A stretch of 64,000 nucleotides of DNA, taken from assembly GCF_009914755.1 (NCBI RefSeq), contig NC_060940.1; one strand, written 5' to 3'. How positions within the stretch are numbered: position 1 is the stretch's first letter; every line of letters begins with the position of its first letter. Origin of the DNA: the human T2T-CHM13v2.0 reference genome, Homo sapiens. Positions 19,916 to 33,319 of this stretch are shown here, piece by piece. The position numbers were made by a program, and so were the translations under genes. The notes beneath the pieces were generated by a model. It was not told the origin of the DNA. It made no database searches and was given only the letters and a program-made list of their open reading frames with translations.

Positions 19916-21917
19916 GTCAGGCAAGAGAAAGAAATAAAGGGTATTCAAATAGGAAGAAAGTCAAACTATCTTAGTGAGCAAATAACATGATCTGATATCT
20001 AGGAAACCCCATTGTCTCAAACCAATAGCTTCTTAGGCTGATAAGCAACTTCAGCAAAATCTCAGGATACAAAAATCAATGTGCGAAAATTGCTAGCATT
20101 CCTATACACCAACAACAGGCAAGCCCAGAGCCAAATCATGAATGAACTCCCATTCATAATTGCCACGAAAAGAATAAAATACAGCTAGGAATACAGCTAA
20201 GAAAGGAAGTGAAGGACCTCTTCAAGGAGAACTATAAACCACTGATGAAAGAAATCAGAGATGATACAAACAAATGGAAAAACATTCCATGCTCACGGAT
20301 AGGAAGAATCTGTATCGTAACAATGGTCATACTGCCCTAAGTAATTTATAGATTCAATGCTATTCCCATTAAACTACCATTGACATTCTTCACAGAATGA
20401 GAAAAAAACTATTTTAAAATTCATATGGAATAAAAATAATAGCCCATATAGCCAAGACAATCCTAAGAAAAAAGAACAAAGATGGAGGGATCATGCTACC
20501 TGACTTCAAACTATACTATAAGGCTACAGTAACCAAAACAGCATGGTACTGGTTACAGACACATAGACCAAGGGAACAGAACAGAGAACTCAGAAATAAG
20601 ACTACACACCTACAACCATCTGAAATTCAACAAACCTGGCAAAAACAAGCAATGGGGAAAGGATTCCCTATTTAATAAATGGTGCTGAACTGGCTAGCCA
20701 TAGGCAGAAGATTGAAACTGAACCCCTTCCTTACACCTTATACAAAAATTAACTCAAGATGGATTAAAACCTTAAATGTAAAACCTCAAACTATAAATAC
20801 CCTAGAAGAAAATCTAGGCAATACCATTCAGGACATAGGCACGGGCAAAGATTTCATGACAAAGACATCAAAAGCAATTGCAACAAAAGCAAAAATTGGC
20901 AAATGGGATCTAACTAAACCAAAGAGCTTCCGCACAGCAAAAGAAACTCAGAGAAAACAGACAACCTACAGAATGGGAGAAAATTTTTTCAATCTATCCA
21001 TCTGACAAAGGTGTAATATCTAGAATCTACAAAGAACTTAAATTTACAAGAAAAAAAACAACACCATTAAAAAGTGGGCAAAGGACATGAACAGAGAGTT
21101 CTCAAAAGATGACATACATGTGGCTAAACATGTGAAAAAAAAGCTCAAACATCACTGATCATTACAGAAATGCAAATCAAAACCACAATGAGATACCATC
21201 TCACGTCGGTCAGGATGGATATTACCAAAAAGTCAAAAAACAACAGATGCTGGCAAGGTCATGGAGAAAAATGAATGCTTTTACACTGTTGGTGACAGTG
21301 TAAATTAGTTCAACCATTATAGAAGACAGTGTGGTGATTCCTTGAAAACCTAGAGGCAGAAATACCATTTGACCCAGCAATCCCATTACTGGGTATATAC
21401 CCAAAGGAACATAAATCATCGTATTACAAAGATACATGCACACATGTTTCCTGCAGCGCTATTCACAATAGCAAAGATATGGAGTCAACCTAAATGCCCA
21501 TCAATGATAGACTGGATAAAGAAAATGTGATACATATACATCATGGAATGCTATGCAGTCATAACAAGGAGTGTGATCATGTCCTTTGGAGGGACATGGA
21601 TGGAGCTGGAAGCCGTTATCCTCAGCAAACTAATGCAGGAAAAGAAAATCACATACCGCATGTTCTCACTTATAAGTGGAAGCTGAATGACGAAACCACA
21701 AGTACATACGTGGTGGGGGAAAAGCACACACTTGGGTCTGTCAAAGGGTTGGGGGGTGGGAGGAGGGAGAGCATCTGAAAGAATAGCTAATGGATGCTGG
21801 GCTTAATACCTAGGTGATGGGATGATCTGTGCAGCAAACCACCATGGCACATGTTTACCCATGTAACAAACCTGTACATCCTGCACATGTACCCCTAAAC
21901 TTTAAATAAAAGCTGGA
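19916..21917 (+). mobile_element. 5'-truncated L1PA (L1PA10-13-like), ~2 kb
   Basis: ORF2 peptides ([20 protein letters not shown]; [26 protein letters not shown]) and 3'UTR; TSD aaaagtatgcccttca at 19900-19915 and 22414-22429. Confidence 0.95.
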
Positions 21918-22129
21918 CATTTTTTTAATTTACATTTTTTTAACTTGTATTGAAAAAATGATTGTGATTCTAATTGGGATTGTACTGAATTCATACATCA
22001 ACTTAAATATTTTTAAGAATCTGTAAAGTACTGATTTTTTAAATCCAAGAACCACACTTCCATTTGTCAATGTCTTTTTTAGTATGTTTCAGTAAAACGT
22101 GATAATTCTCCTATCAAAAAAGTATGCCC

Positions 22130-22417
<288 letters not shown>

Positions 22418-22810
22418 GTATGCCCTTCAAGAAGAAGGAAAATAACCCCAGAAAGGAGGCTTGAGATACAAAAATAAATGGTAAGCAAATAAAAGGAAAC
22501 ATGAACGTAAATGCAAACAAATAATGTCCATAAAAGTATTCATACCGATGATGATGATGTATAAACTGTGGTACTAACAACAAAAGGTAGAATTAAACTA
22601 TTTTGACAATGATTGTACATGACTTTTGAGGAACAAGATAAGAGTTGTAAGAACAATGACTTGGAGAGAAGATTAAGATATTATTTAACTACACAAATGG
22701 ACAGCAACAACAAAGTTCAAACAATCAGAAGATAAGGCAAGGAAGGAAGGTAAAAGGAGAAAGGAAATAGCAAGAGAAATACAAAACAGATGATGATAGA
22801 AATATAACCA

Positions 22811-23165
22811 AGGAAGAAAGGGAGAGTTATCATCTTATGGGTATAGACTTTTGGTCTCATAGGAGGAAGAATTTCTAGAGAATAGTTGCACAACAATGTG
22901 AATATACTTAATATTACTGAACTCCACACTTAAATGGTTAAGATGGTAAATTGTATGTTATGCATATGTTTACCAAAATTAATTTTTTAAAAGAATAGGA
23001 AACTCTCTTCTGCTAGTATGAATGTTAAGTAGTGCAGCCATCTTAGAAAAAAAAAAAAGTTTGGCATTATCTAGTAAAGTTGGTGTCCAAACTCTATGAT
23101 GTAGGAGCTCATTTCTACATATGCCTTAGAGAAACCCTTGCGTATGTAACCAAAAGACATGTACA
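22811..23165 (+). repeat. Copy 1 of a 355-bp direct duplication (copy 2 at 25762-26120)
   Basis: aggaagaaagggagagttatc...aaagacatgtaca; ~8 substitutions plus one A-tract indel versus copy 2. Confidence 0.97.
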
Positions 23166-23760
23166 TGTAACTGAACTATAACCAAGTATACTTGGTTAAA
23201 AAACTGAATCCAAGATGTTAATCATTAACAGTGAGTAGACATTTTTAAAGATATTTGGAAAAAAATCAACATCTAGAGGCTTCCAGCCATGTACAATGCT
23301 TGTTATCAGACTTGTGCTTCCCTCTACTATATACAACTAGGAACTGGGTAGAACATATGAAGCATTGACGTAATGATGGGAAAAAACATATGACCAGCTC
23401 AATGTGAAAAAAAATCTGACAAAATGCAACATCCTTTCAAGATAAAAATATTCAATAAACTCTGGATATAAGGAAACTATCTCAATATAATAAAGTTCAT
23501 GTATGAAAAGCTCATAGCTAACATACTCAGTGATGAAAGACTGAACTTTTTTTCCTCTAAGATCAAGACCAAGATGAGGATGCTCAGTTTTGCCACTTCT
23601 ACTCAACATATTAATAGAAGTGTTATGTTGTATATTAGAACTCCTAGCCAGAGCAACTGAGCAAGAAAAAAAAATAAAAGGCATCCAAATTGGAAAGGAA
23701 AGAAAATTGTCCCTGCTTGCAGACAACATGATCTTATATGTAGAATACCCTAAAGATTAC

Positions 23761-23860
23761 ACGTGTGCACACATGCCTACACATACAAACTGTTAGAACT
23801 AGTTAACTTCACGTGTGCACATGTGCCTACACATACAAACTGTTAGAACTAGTTAACTTC
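23761..23860. repeat. 2 x 50-bp tandem duplication
   Basis: acgtgtgcaca(ca/tg)tgcctacacatacaaactgttagaactagttaacttc twice, 2 mismatches. Confidence 0.97.
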
Positions 23861-24246
23861 AAAGTTGCAGGATATAAAATCAACACACAAAAATCAGTTG
23901 TGTTTCTATAAACTAACAGTTGAACAATCAGAAAAGGAAATTAAGAAAACAATTTTATATACAGTAGCATCAAAAAGAGCAAAATACTTAGGAATGAATT
24001 TAACCAAGGAAGCAGAGGACTTATACACTGAAAACTCAAAGGCACTGCTGAAAGAAATTAAAGACAACACAAATAAATGGAAAGTCATCCCGCGTTCACG
24101 GATTGTTAAGACTTAATATTGTTAAAACAATCTACAGGGTCAATATACTTCCTACCAAAATCCCAATGGCGTATTTTTTTCAGAAATACAAAAACCACCT
24201 AAAATTTATACTCAGGGTCTCAAAACCCTGAATAGCCAAAACAATC

Positions 24247-24539
24247 TTTTTTTTTTTTTTTTTTTTTTTTTGAGACGGAGTCTCACTCTGTTGCCAAGCT
24301 GGAGTGCAGTCAGCTCACTGCAACCTCTGCTCCCAGGTTCAATCAATTCTTCTGCCACAGCCTCCCAAGCAGCTGGGGCTACAGGCACGTGCCACCGTAC
24401 CCAGCTAATTTTTGTATTTTTAGTAGAGACAGGGTTTCTCCATGTTGGCCAGGATGGTCTCGATCTCTTGACCTCATGATCTGCCTGCATGGGCCTCCCA
24501 AAGTGCTGGGATTACAGGCATAAGCCACCATGCCCGGCC
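24247..24539 (-). mobile_element. Alu (AluSc-like)
   Basis: Antisense Alu; TSD ccaaaacaatcttt. Confidence 0.95.
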
Positions 24540-25761
24540 AACCAAAACAATCTTTAAGAAGAAGAGCAACATTGGAGGTTTCACACTTTCTGATTTCAAA
24601 ACTTGCTAGAGAGCTATGGTTATCAAAACAGTGTGGTCTTGGCATAAAGAGACATATAGACCAATGAGATAGAATAGAATGCTCAGAAATAAACTCTTGC
24701 ATATACAATCAAATGATTTTTGACAAGGATGCTAAATCCATTCAATGGTGAAAGAATAGTTTTTTCAACAAGTGGTGTTAGAAAAACTAGAAATCCACAT
24801 GCAAAAAAAATTAAGTTAGAGCATTACTTTACAACATAGACAAAATTCGAAATGAATTATAAGACCTCAAACCATAAAACTCTTAGAAAAAAACAGAAAG
24901 GAAAACTTCATAAAATTGGATTGGGCAATGATTAAATATGATACCAAAAGCACAAGCAACGAAAGTCAAGGTAGATAAATTGGATTACATCAAAATATAA
25001 AACATCTGTACAAAGGACACAACAGAGTGAAAGACAACCTACCAAATGGGAGAAAATATTTACAAATCACCTATATGTTAAGGGGTTAATATTCAGAATA
25101 AAGGACTCTGTAACTCCACAACAACAACAAAACCCACACAACCTGATTTTTAAATGGGCAAAGGAGTTAAATAGACATTTCTCCGAAGAAGACACACAAT
25201 TATTGAAAAGATGTTCAATATTATTAATCATTAGAAAAATGCAAATCAAAACAACGAGTTATCACCTTACACCCATCAGAATGGCTACCATCAAAAAGAA
25301 TATGAAAAATTTACAACCCCTGTGCACTGTTAGTGGAAATGTAAAATGGTGAAGCCACTATGGTAGATGGTTATGGCAGTTCCTCAAAAAAATAGAGTTA
25401 GCATAGGATCCAGCAACTCCACTTCTGGATATATATCTAAAAGAACTGAAAGTACAATCTGAAAGAGATATTGGTCATCCATGTTCACAGTAGCATTATT
25501 TGTAACAGCTAAAAGTGGAAGCACCCAAGTATCAGAAGAACCAAGTCAATGGATGAATGGATAAACAAAACATGGTAGATACATACAATGGAATATTATT
25601 CAGCCTTAAAAAAGGAAATTCTTACATATGCTATAACACGAATGAAACCTATAAAACTGTCACGAAAAGACAAATACCATGATTCTACTTATATGAGGTA
25701 TTTACAGTAATTAAATTAATTGAAGCAAAAAGTAGAATGGCAGTTGCCAGGGGCAGGCAGC

Positions 25762-26120
25762 AGGAAGAAAGGGAGAGTTATCATCTTATGGGTATAGACT
25801 TTTGGTCTCATAGGAGGAAGAAGTTCTAGAGACTAGTTAAACAACAATGTGAATATACTTAATATTACTCAACTCCACACTTAAATGGTTAAGATGGTAA
25901 ATTGTATGTTATGCATATGTTTACCAAAATTAATTTTTTAAAAGAATAGGAAACTCTCTTCTGCTAGTATGAATGTTAAGTAGTGCAACCATCTTAGGGA
26001 AAAAAAAAAAAAAGTTTGGCATTATCTAGTAAAGTTGGTGTCCAGACTCTATGATGTAGGAGCTCATTTCTACATGTGCCTTAGAGAAACCCTTGCGTAT
26101 GTAACCAAAAGACATGTACA
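25762..26120 (+). repeat. Copy 2 (probable source) of the 355-bp duplication
   Basis: Continuous with L1MB upstream and L1ME downstream. Confidence 0.95.
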
Positions 26121-26345
26121 GGAGTATTTTGGTATGAATAACAAAAAAATCCAAATGACTATTAACAGTAGAAGGGATAAATTGTGGTCTATTAATAAAA
26201 TGGAATAACATACAGCAATTAACTTGAGTGAATTATTAGCTGCATGCAGCAACATCAATGAATCTCAAAAATATATTGTTAAAAAATGAAGCACTTTACA
26301 GAAGAATACATGCCATGTAATTTTACTTATTTATTTATTTATTTG

Positions 26346-27377
<1,032 letters not shown>

Positions 27378-28020
27378 CGTAATTTTATTTATATAAAGTG
27401 CAAAAAACCATGCAAAACCAAGTCATACATTGTTTATGGATACATATATGTATTATACAAATTTATATAAAATCAAAGGAAGAATTAGTGAAAGATAATG
27501 GCCACCTCCAGGGGACAGGGAAGAGTGTACACACATAAATAAAATGGATACATGGGTATTTGTTGTATTAGTCATATTTAAGTTCCACATATACATAATT
27601 TTATATTCTTTTATATGCATGTTTCACAATTTTAAAAAGTGCTCTTTTCATACTTCATAGTGTGTTATAGCTCTAGTACAGCAAGTTATATTCCCGGTGC
27701 TGCCAAAAAATTATGAACTTTGAGATTAGACAAGTAATTATTTAAGATACAATCCCTGCTCTAAAAGAGTTCATGGTGAATAACAAACAGATGCCCTCTA
27801 ACTATAATACAGCATAAGAATTAAAATAGACAAAGAAACTAGCATAGTTACTGATCTTGAATAGCAGATGCACAGTAAATATTTCGGTGATTTATAGAGG
27901 AAAGGTTCTTGGAGGAGATGTGTTTCATATGGCTTTGAAATGGTGATGGGATTTTCTCGTTGATTTTAATGAAAGCATACATAAATGGCACTTTGTAAGT
28001 TTCCTGGAGCCTTGCTATTC

Positions 28021-28505
<485 letters not shown>

Positions 28506-28819
28506 TGGTATATTTATGTTATTTTTAAACAGAAATAGCCATCTAAAATGTTTTCTCAAGAATGTCTAAAATGTTCATTTTGCTGCCTTATCTCTGTGAT
28601 TTCATTACATTTTATTTATATATACATATACGCTTCATATAATGTATAATGTTATTATATATATACATATATACACATATACATTATGGAAATATACTGT
28701 ACCCAATTTTGACTCCCAGATTCAAACCCTTCCTCCCCACTCTACTTCCATAACCTTGTTTATACTCTGGCTGACCACGAATTTCATTCCTTACTGTTTA
28801 AAAGAACACATTCCCTTAA

Positions 28820-29116
<297 letters not shown>

Positions 29117-29139
29117 GCATTCCCTAATTCTACAGAACA

Positions 29140-29511
29140 TAGTCATACATTGCTTACAGATACGAGTATGTTCTGAGGAATTAGTCATTAGGCAATTTTG
29201 TCATCGTGTGAACATGTACTTATACAAACCTAGATGGTACAGCCTACTATACACCTAGGCTATATGGTATAGCCTATTGCTCCTATACTATAACCCTGTT
29301 GAGTGTGTCACTATACTGAATTCTGTAGGCAACTGTAAAACAATGGTATTTGTTTATCTAAACATAGAAAAGGTAATGCACTACCCTATGACTTTAGGAT
29401 GGCTAAGACATCACTAGGTAATAGGAATTTTTCAGTTCCGATATAATCTTACAGAACCACCATCACATAGCAGTCTGCTGTTGAAGTAAACATCATGTGG
29501 TACACGACTAT
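29140..29511 (-). mobile_element. Tigger3a/b (MER7)-like TcMar MITE
   Basis: acaaacctagatggtacagcctactatacacctaggctatatggtatagcctattgctcct; degenerate terminal inverted repeats (agtcat/acgact) with TA flanks. Confidence 0.8.
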
Positions 29512-30270
29512 ACACAAGAAGTTGTTGTCTGAGAACTTATTCAGAAGTGACTTGAATATCTCTTCTCTGTAGAGCAATCCATCCATTAATTTTTTTCACT
29601 TATTAAATGTGACATGTCACAGACCTAGTCCAAGCTCTGGGAAAGCAACAACGAACAAGACAGACAATGTTCCTGTCCTCGTAGAGCTGGCATTTGGCTG
29701 GGGAATGAAATGCAAAAGAAAGTATTATTATATTAATGTTTTATTCAATATGAAGGCAATATTTCAAAACTTAACTTGGCTGAGTTTTCAAAACAGAAAG
29801 TTAATAGGTTTGTAGCTTTCTGTCTGACATGAGCTCATAGGATCACAGAACCTTGAAGCCCAAAGGTACCTTAGAGAATATCCAATTCAACAGCTTATTT
29901 ACACCTGATACTTAGAGATGTTAAAAAGCCAGACTGGGGTCCAAATTTTGTGAAATTACTATAAAGTCCATTTATTTAGATTATTAACTGTATATATTAA
30001 AAGTCACGTTCAGCGGCATTTCAAATCATAGCATTAGTAACATTCCAAGAGAATGTGTTTATTTCTTGTTCTTTTCTCTCAAGGAAATCGATTACACTGA
30101 CTTTGAGTTACTTATATTCACAGCTAGCACCGAACAGATTTAATAAATATAAATTTGGAAACACGACCAAAAGCCAAAGTTTGAAAGAAAAATTAAAGAA
30201 CACAGAAGGCTCTTTTGAATTGTCAAATCATAAAGAGGAAACATTGTTTTGTTAATTTAAAGTATGGCTC

Positions 30271-30581
30271 TTTGGCTATATACCCAGTAATGGGATTGCT
30301 GGGACAAACAGTGTTTCTAGTTCTAGACCATGGACACAGGGAGGGGAATATCACACACCAGGGCCTGTTGGGGGATAGGGGGAAAGGGGAGGGAGAGCAT
30401 TAGAACAAATGCATAATGCATGCGGGCTTAAAACCTAGATGGTGGGTTGATAGGTGCATCAAACCACCATGGCACATATATACCTATGTAACAAATCTAC
30501 ACTTTCAGCACATGTATCCCAGAACTTAAAGTAAAATTAAAAAAAAAAAATTCAAAAAAGAATACTGTGAGGAAAAATAAA
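30271..30581 (+). mobile_element. Short L1PA 3' insertion with 5' inversion
   Basis: Antisense L1 at 30271-30327, then sense 3'UTR 30329-30550; TSD taaa(g/t)tat(g/a)gctcttt at 30258-73 and 30582-97. Confidence 0.88.
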
Positions 30582-33086
30582 TAAATTATAGCTCTTTAAG
30601 CTGAGCTGTTTTTCCTTCATTTAAGCACCTCTTTGTTTTTATTGGGAGACTAATGACTACTTGCATAAGAGGATCAGACCTTAATGGGGAGAAAAACAGC
30701 CTTGAAATACAAACTAAATAAGATTTCTTGGGTCGCAGGTTAAATTCATCACATGCAAGTTCAAGTTCTGTGGGTAAGATTCATTCAAAAGATTGGATGG
30801 TATTTTGACATCATAAATATCTGAATTTCCACCTCATAACCCAAGTCGTTCCCAGCACCTGTCTATTTATCAGTTACTACATAATGCACCCCATTCTTTT
30901 CCCTAAAGTGAAATTACTTCAGAGGAACAAAGGAAGAAAATTTACACTAACACAAAAGTTGTGCTCTAGCATTTCTTTTACTCATTCATCACACAAAAAA
31001 AGCCACGGTATTCTGATTTTAAGTTTTCCGTTAACAAGAATCTTACATTTTTTATTTTCACATCATGTGAAACATAGAAAATGTTGAAATAATAATAAAC
31101 CTCCAATCTTCAAAACAAAACGTTTTTCCATCAGTATGCAGAAATTTTGGCTATTATTAGGTTCCCCAGGAACAGTGAACTAACCTATTTTTATGTGGTT
31201 TCTGAAAATATTTATTCCCCTGGTTGGGAAGTACTCAACCCTTGCCATTTTTCTTGGGAAGAACCCATTACCTAATAAGGTATTTATCTTTCCCTCGGAG
31301 CTGGCTTCCCAAGAAATAAAGAAAACAGGCAGAATGCTTTGAAATGATGGTGGAGCACATTTTTAAGAGGAAAAAGGAAAAAAAAAGAACAGATTCTGAG
31401 AACATTAGTCTGAACCCAAAAGAGAGAAACACTTGTAATCAATTTTCTTTTCATTAATGTAATAAATGCCGCCTGCACTTTGTGTGCCTAAAGAGAACCA
31501 TTCTGAGATAAAGGATGTCTCCCCAACCTTTTATACTGAACCGGTGGTTTCCCAAATTTAATATGCATGAAGAGTGCACGTGAGCCCTCTTAAATCCAAG
31601 AGCCAAACCCTGCCTGTGCAATAAATCTCACCACTACTCCACTATTAGACAGGGGATTAAAACTAATCTAGCAATCCCCAAACCAAGCACTGAGTGGATT
31701 AAAATGCAAAACGCATGGGAGTAGGAAGATGCTTAATGCTAAATAACAAACATTTCAATCATAGAAATCATTTTTATCTTCTTGTTTATGCTAAGTAGAT
31801 ACTATTAGACTTAATATCTGTATTAACACGAGTGGAGAAAAGAAACAGTATTACCAAGACCCAAGTATTTTAATGCCTTAGAATACCTGGCCCAAAAAAC
31901 AAAAGCAAACAAAAATGAGCTTAATAAAAGGACTACACTGTGATCTTTAGATTAATTGTCTACTCCTTTAAGGTCAACTCAACGATGCTTGACCTTTTTA
32001 ATTTTCCTTTAAGCCAATGCAGTACACACTATAAAGGTTGAATCAAGAAAGACAAAACAGTTTCCAGGGTTCCCAGCCTGAAAGTGGAGCAGGCTTTCTC
32101 TGAGTAATGCCTATGTAATATTTAAGTCAGCAAATGCCTTAACCATCATCTTCTTTGCCAAATTATCACAGCACAACAATAGGAGAGTCCCCATTGCAGT
32201 GAACCCAGAAGAGGCCCTTATGAGGCCTGCACCCCGTAAAGCTGTAGCTGATTGCAAATGTAGGAAAGTGAACACGTGCAGGCTCTCATTAGCACTGTCT
32301 ATCCAAAGAACACAATACACACACACATCTGGCATCTCCTAACGGCTATGGAACCCATTACACACAAAACCAATGACTTCGCTCCAACTGCAATCCATAT
32401 AATGCTGGAAGGAAATCCATAAAGTTTTATCTGAATTACTGTTGTACCTTTCAACTCTGTCATCTTCCTCAATTTTCCACTCCTGGGTTCTGTTATACCC
32501 TCTCTCAGACATCTGCGTTTCAACTTGAATCCCTTCCCCGGGCCCTTCCCTACCCCCACTTCCCTATAAAATATTCTTCAAGTCTCCCCTCCTGTACCAT
32601 GCTATGCGATTCCTACCAAGTCAGGCTCAGTCTTTCTTACGTAGAACAATTTCTACAAATGGTTGTAACACTGACATGGAGGTTGGTCCTGGGACGCTTA
32701 CCTCATCCCCAGCATTTGTTTCCAAACACAAAATCTAGGAGAAAAATTGGACTATTATACATAAGTGCAGTATAAAATGGAAGGTATGCACACAAAGCTT
32801 GGACTAGCCTAGGCATTCATAACTTGTTTTCAGTTTTCAAGTATTGGTATTCATTTCATTTCCTCTCAACCAAGTCCTCACGGTTCAGAAAGCTTTACAC
32901 ATTACACAGTAGTAAGAGGAGTTATGAATTAACACTTGGAGTTATAAAATAGGAATAGGAAGATCTCTGATTTCAAGCATTGTGATGCGTAAGTTTCTGC
33001 AGTGAAATCGCTAAGTCATCTCATGTTTATAACAACAGAAAAAAGAAGTTGAGATTCAATGTAATGTGACTTCCTCAAAAAAGCAG

Positions 33087-33146
33087 GTTTTGTCATATAT
33101 GTATATATATATAATTTTTTGTCATATATATATATATAATTTTTTG

Positions 33147-33198
<52 letters not shown>
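33087..33198. repeat. Compound ttttgtca(TA)n minisatellite ending in pure (AT)25
   Basis: Three ttttgtcatata... units; (AT)25 at 33149-33198. Confidence 0.95.
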
Positions 33199-33200
<2 letters not shown>

Positions 33201-33319
33201 TTTTTTTTTGAGACTGGATTTCGCTCTTGTTGCCCAGGCTGGAGTGCAACAGCGCAATCTCAGCTCACTGCAACCTCTGCCTCCCAGGTTAAAGCAATTC
33301 TCCTGCCTCAGCCTCCCGA
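33201..33319 (-). mobile_element. Alu right-arm fragment (5'-truncated)
   Basis: tttgagactggatttcgctcttgttgccc...cagcctcccg. Confidence 0.92.

Larger units (their letters stand above)
23390..25940 (+). mobile_element. L1MB-like ORF2 and 3'UTR, interrupted by an Alu
   Basis: ORF2 peptides ([11 protein letters not shown]...LARA...[11 protein letters not shown]; KYLGMNLTKE); 3' end acacttaaatggttaagatggtaaatt. Confidence 0.88.
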
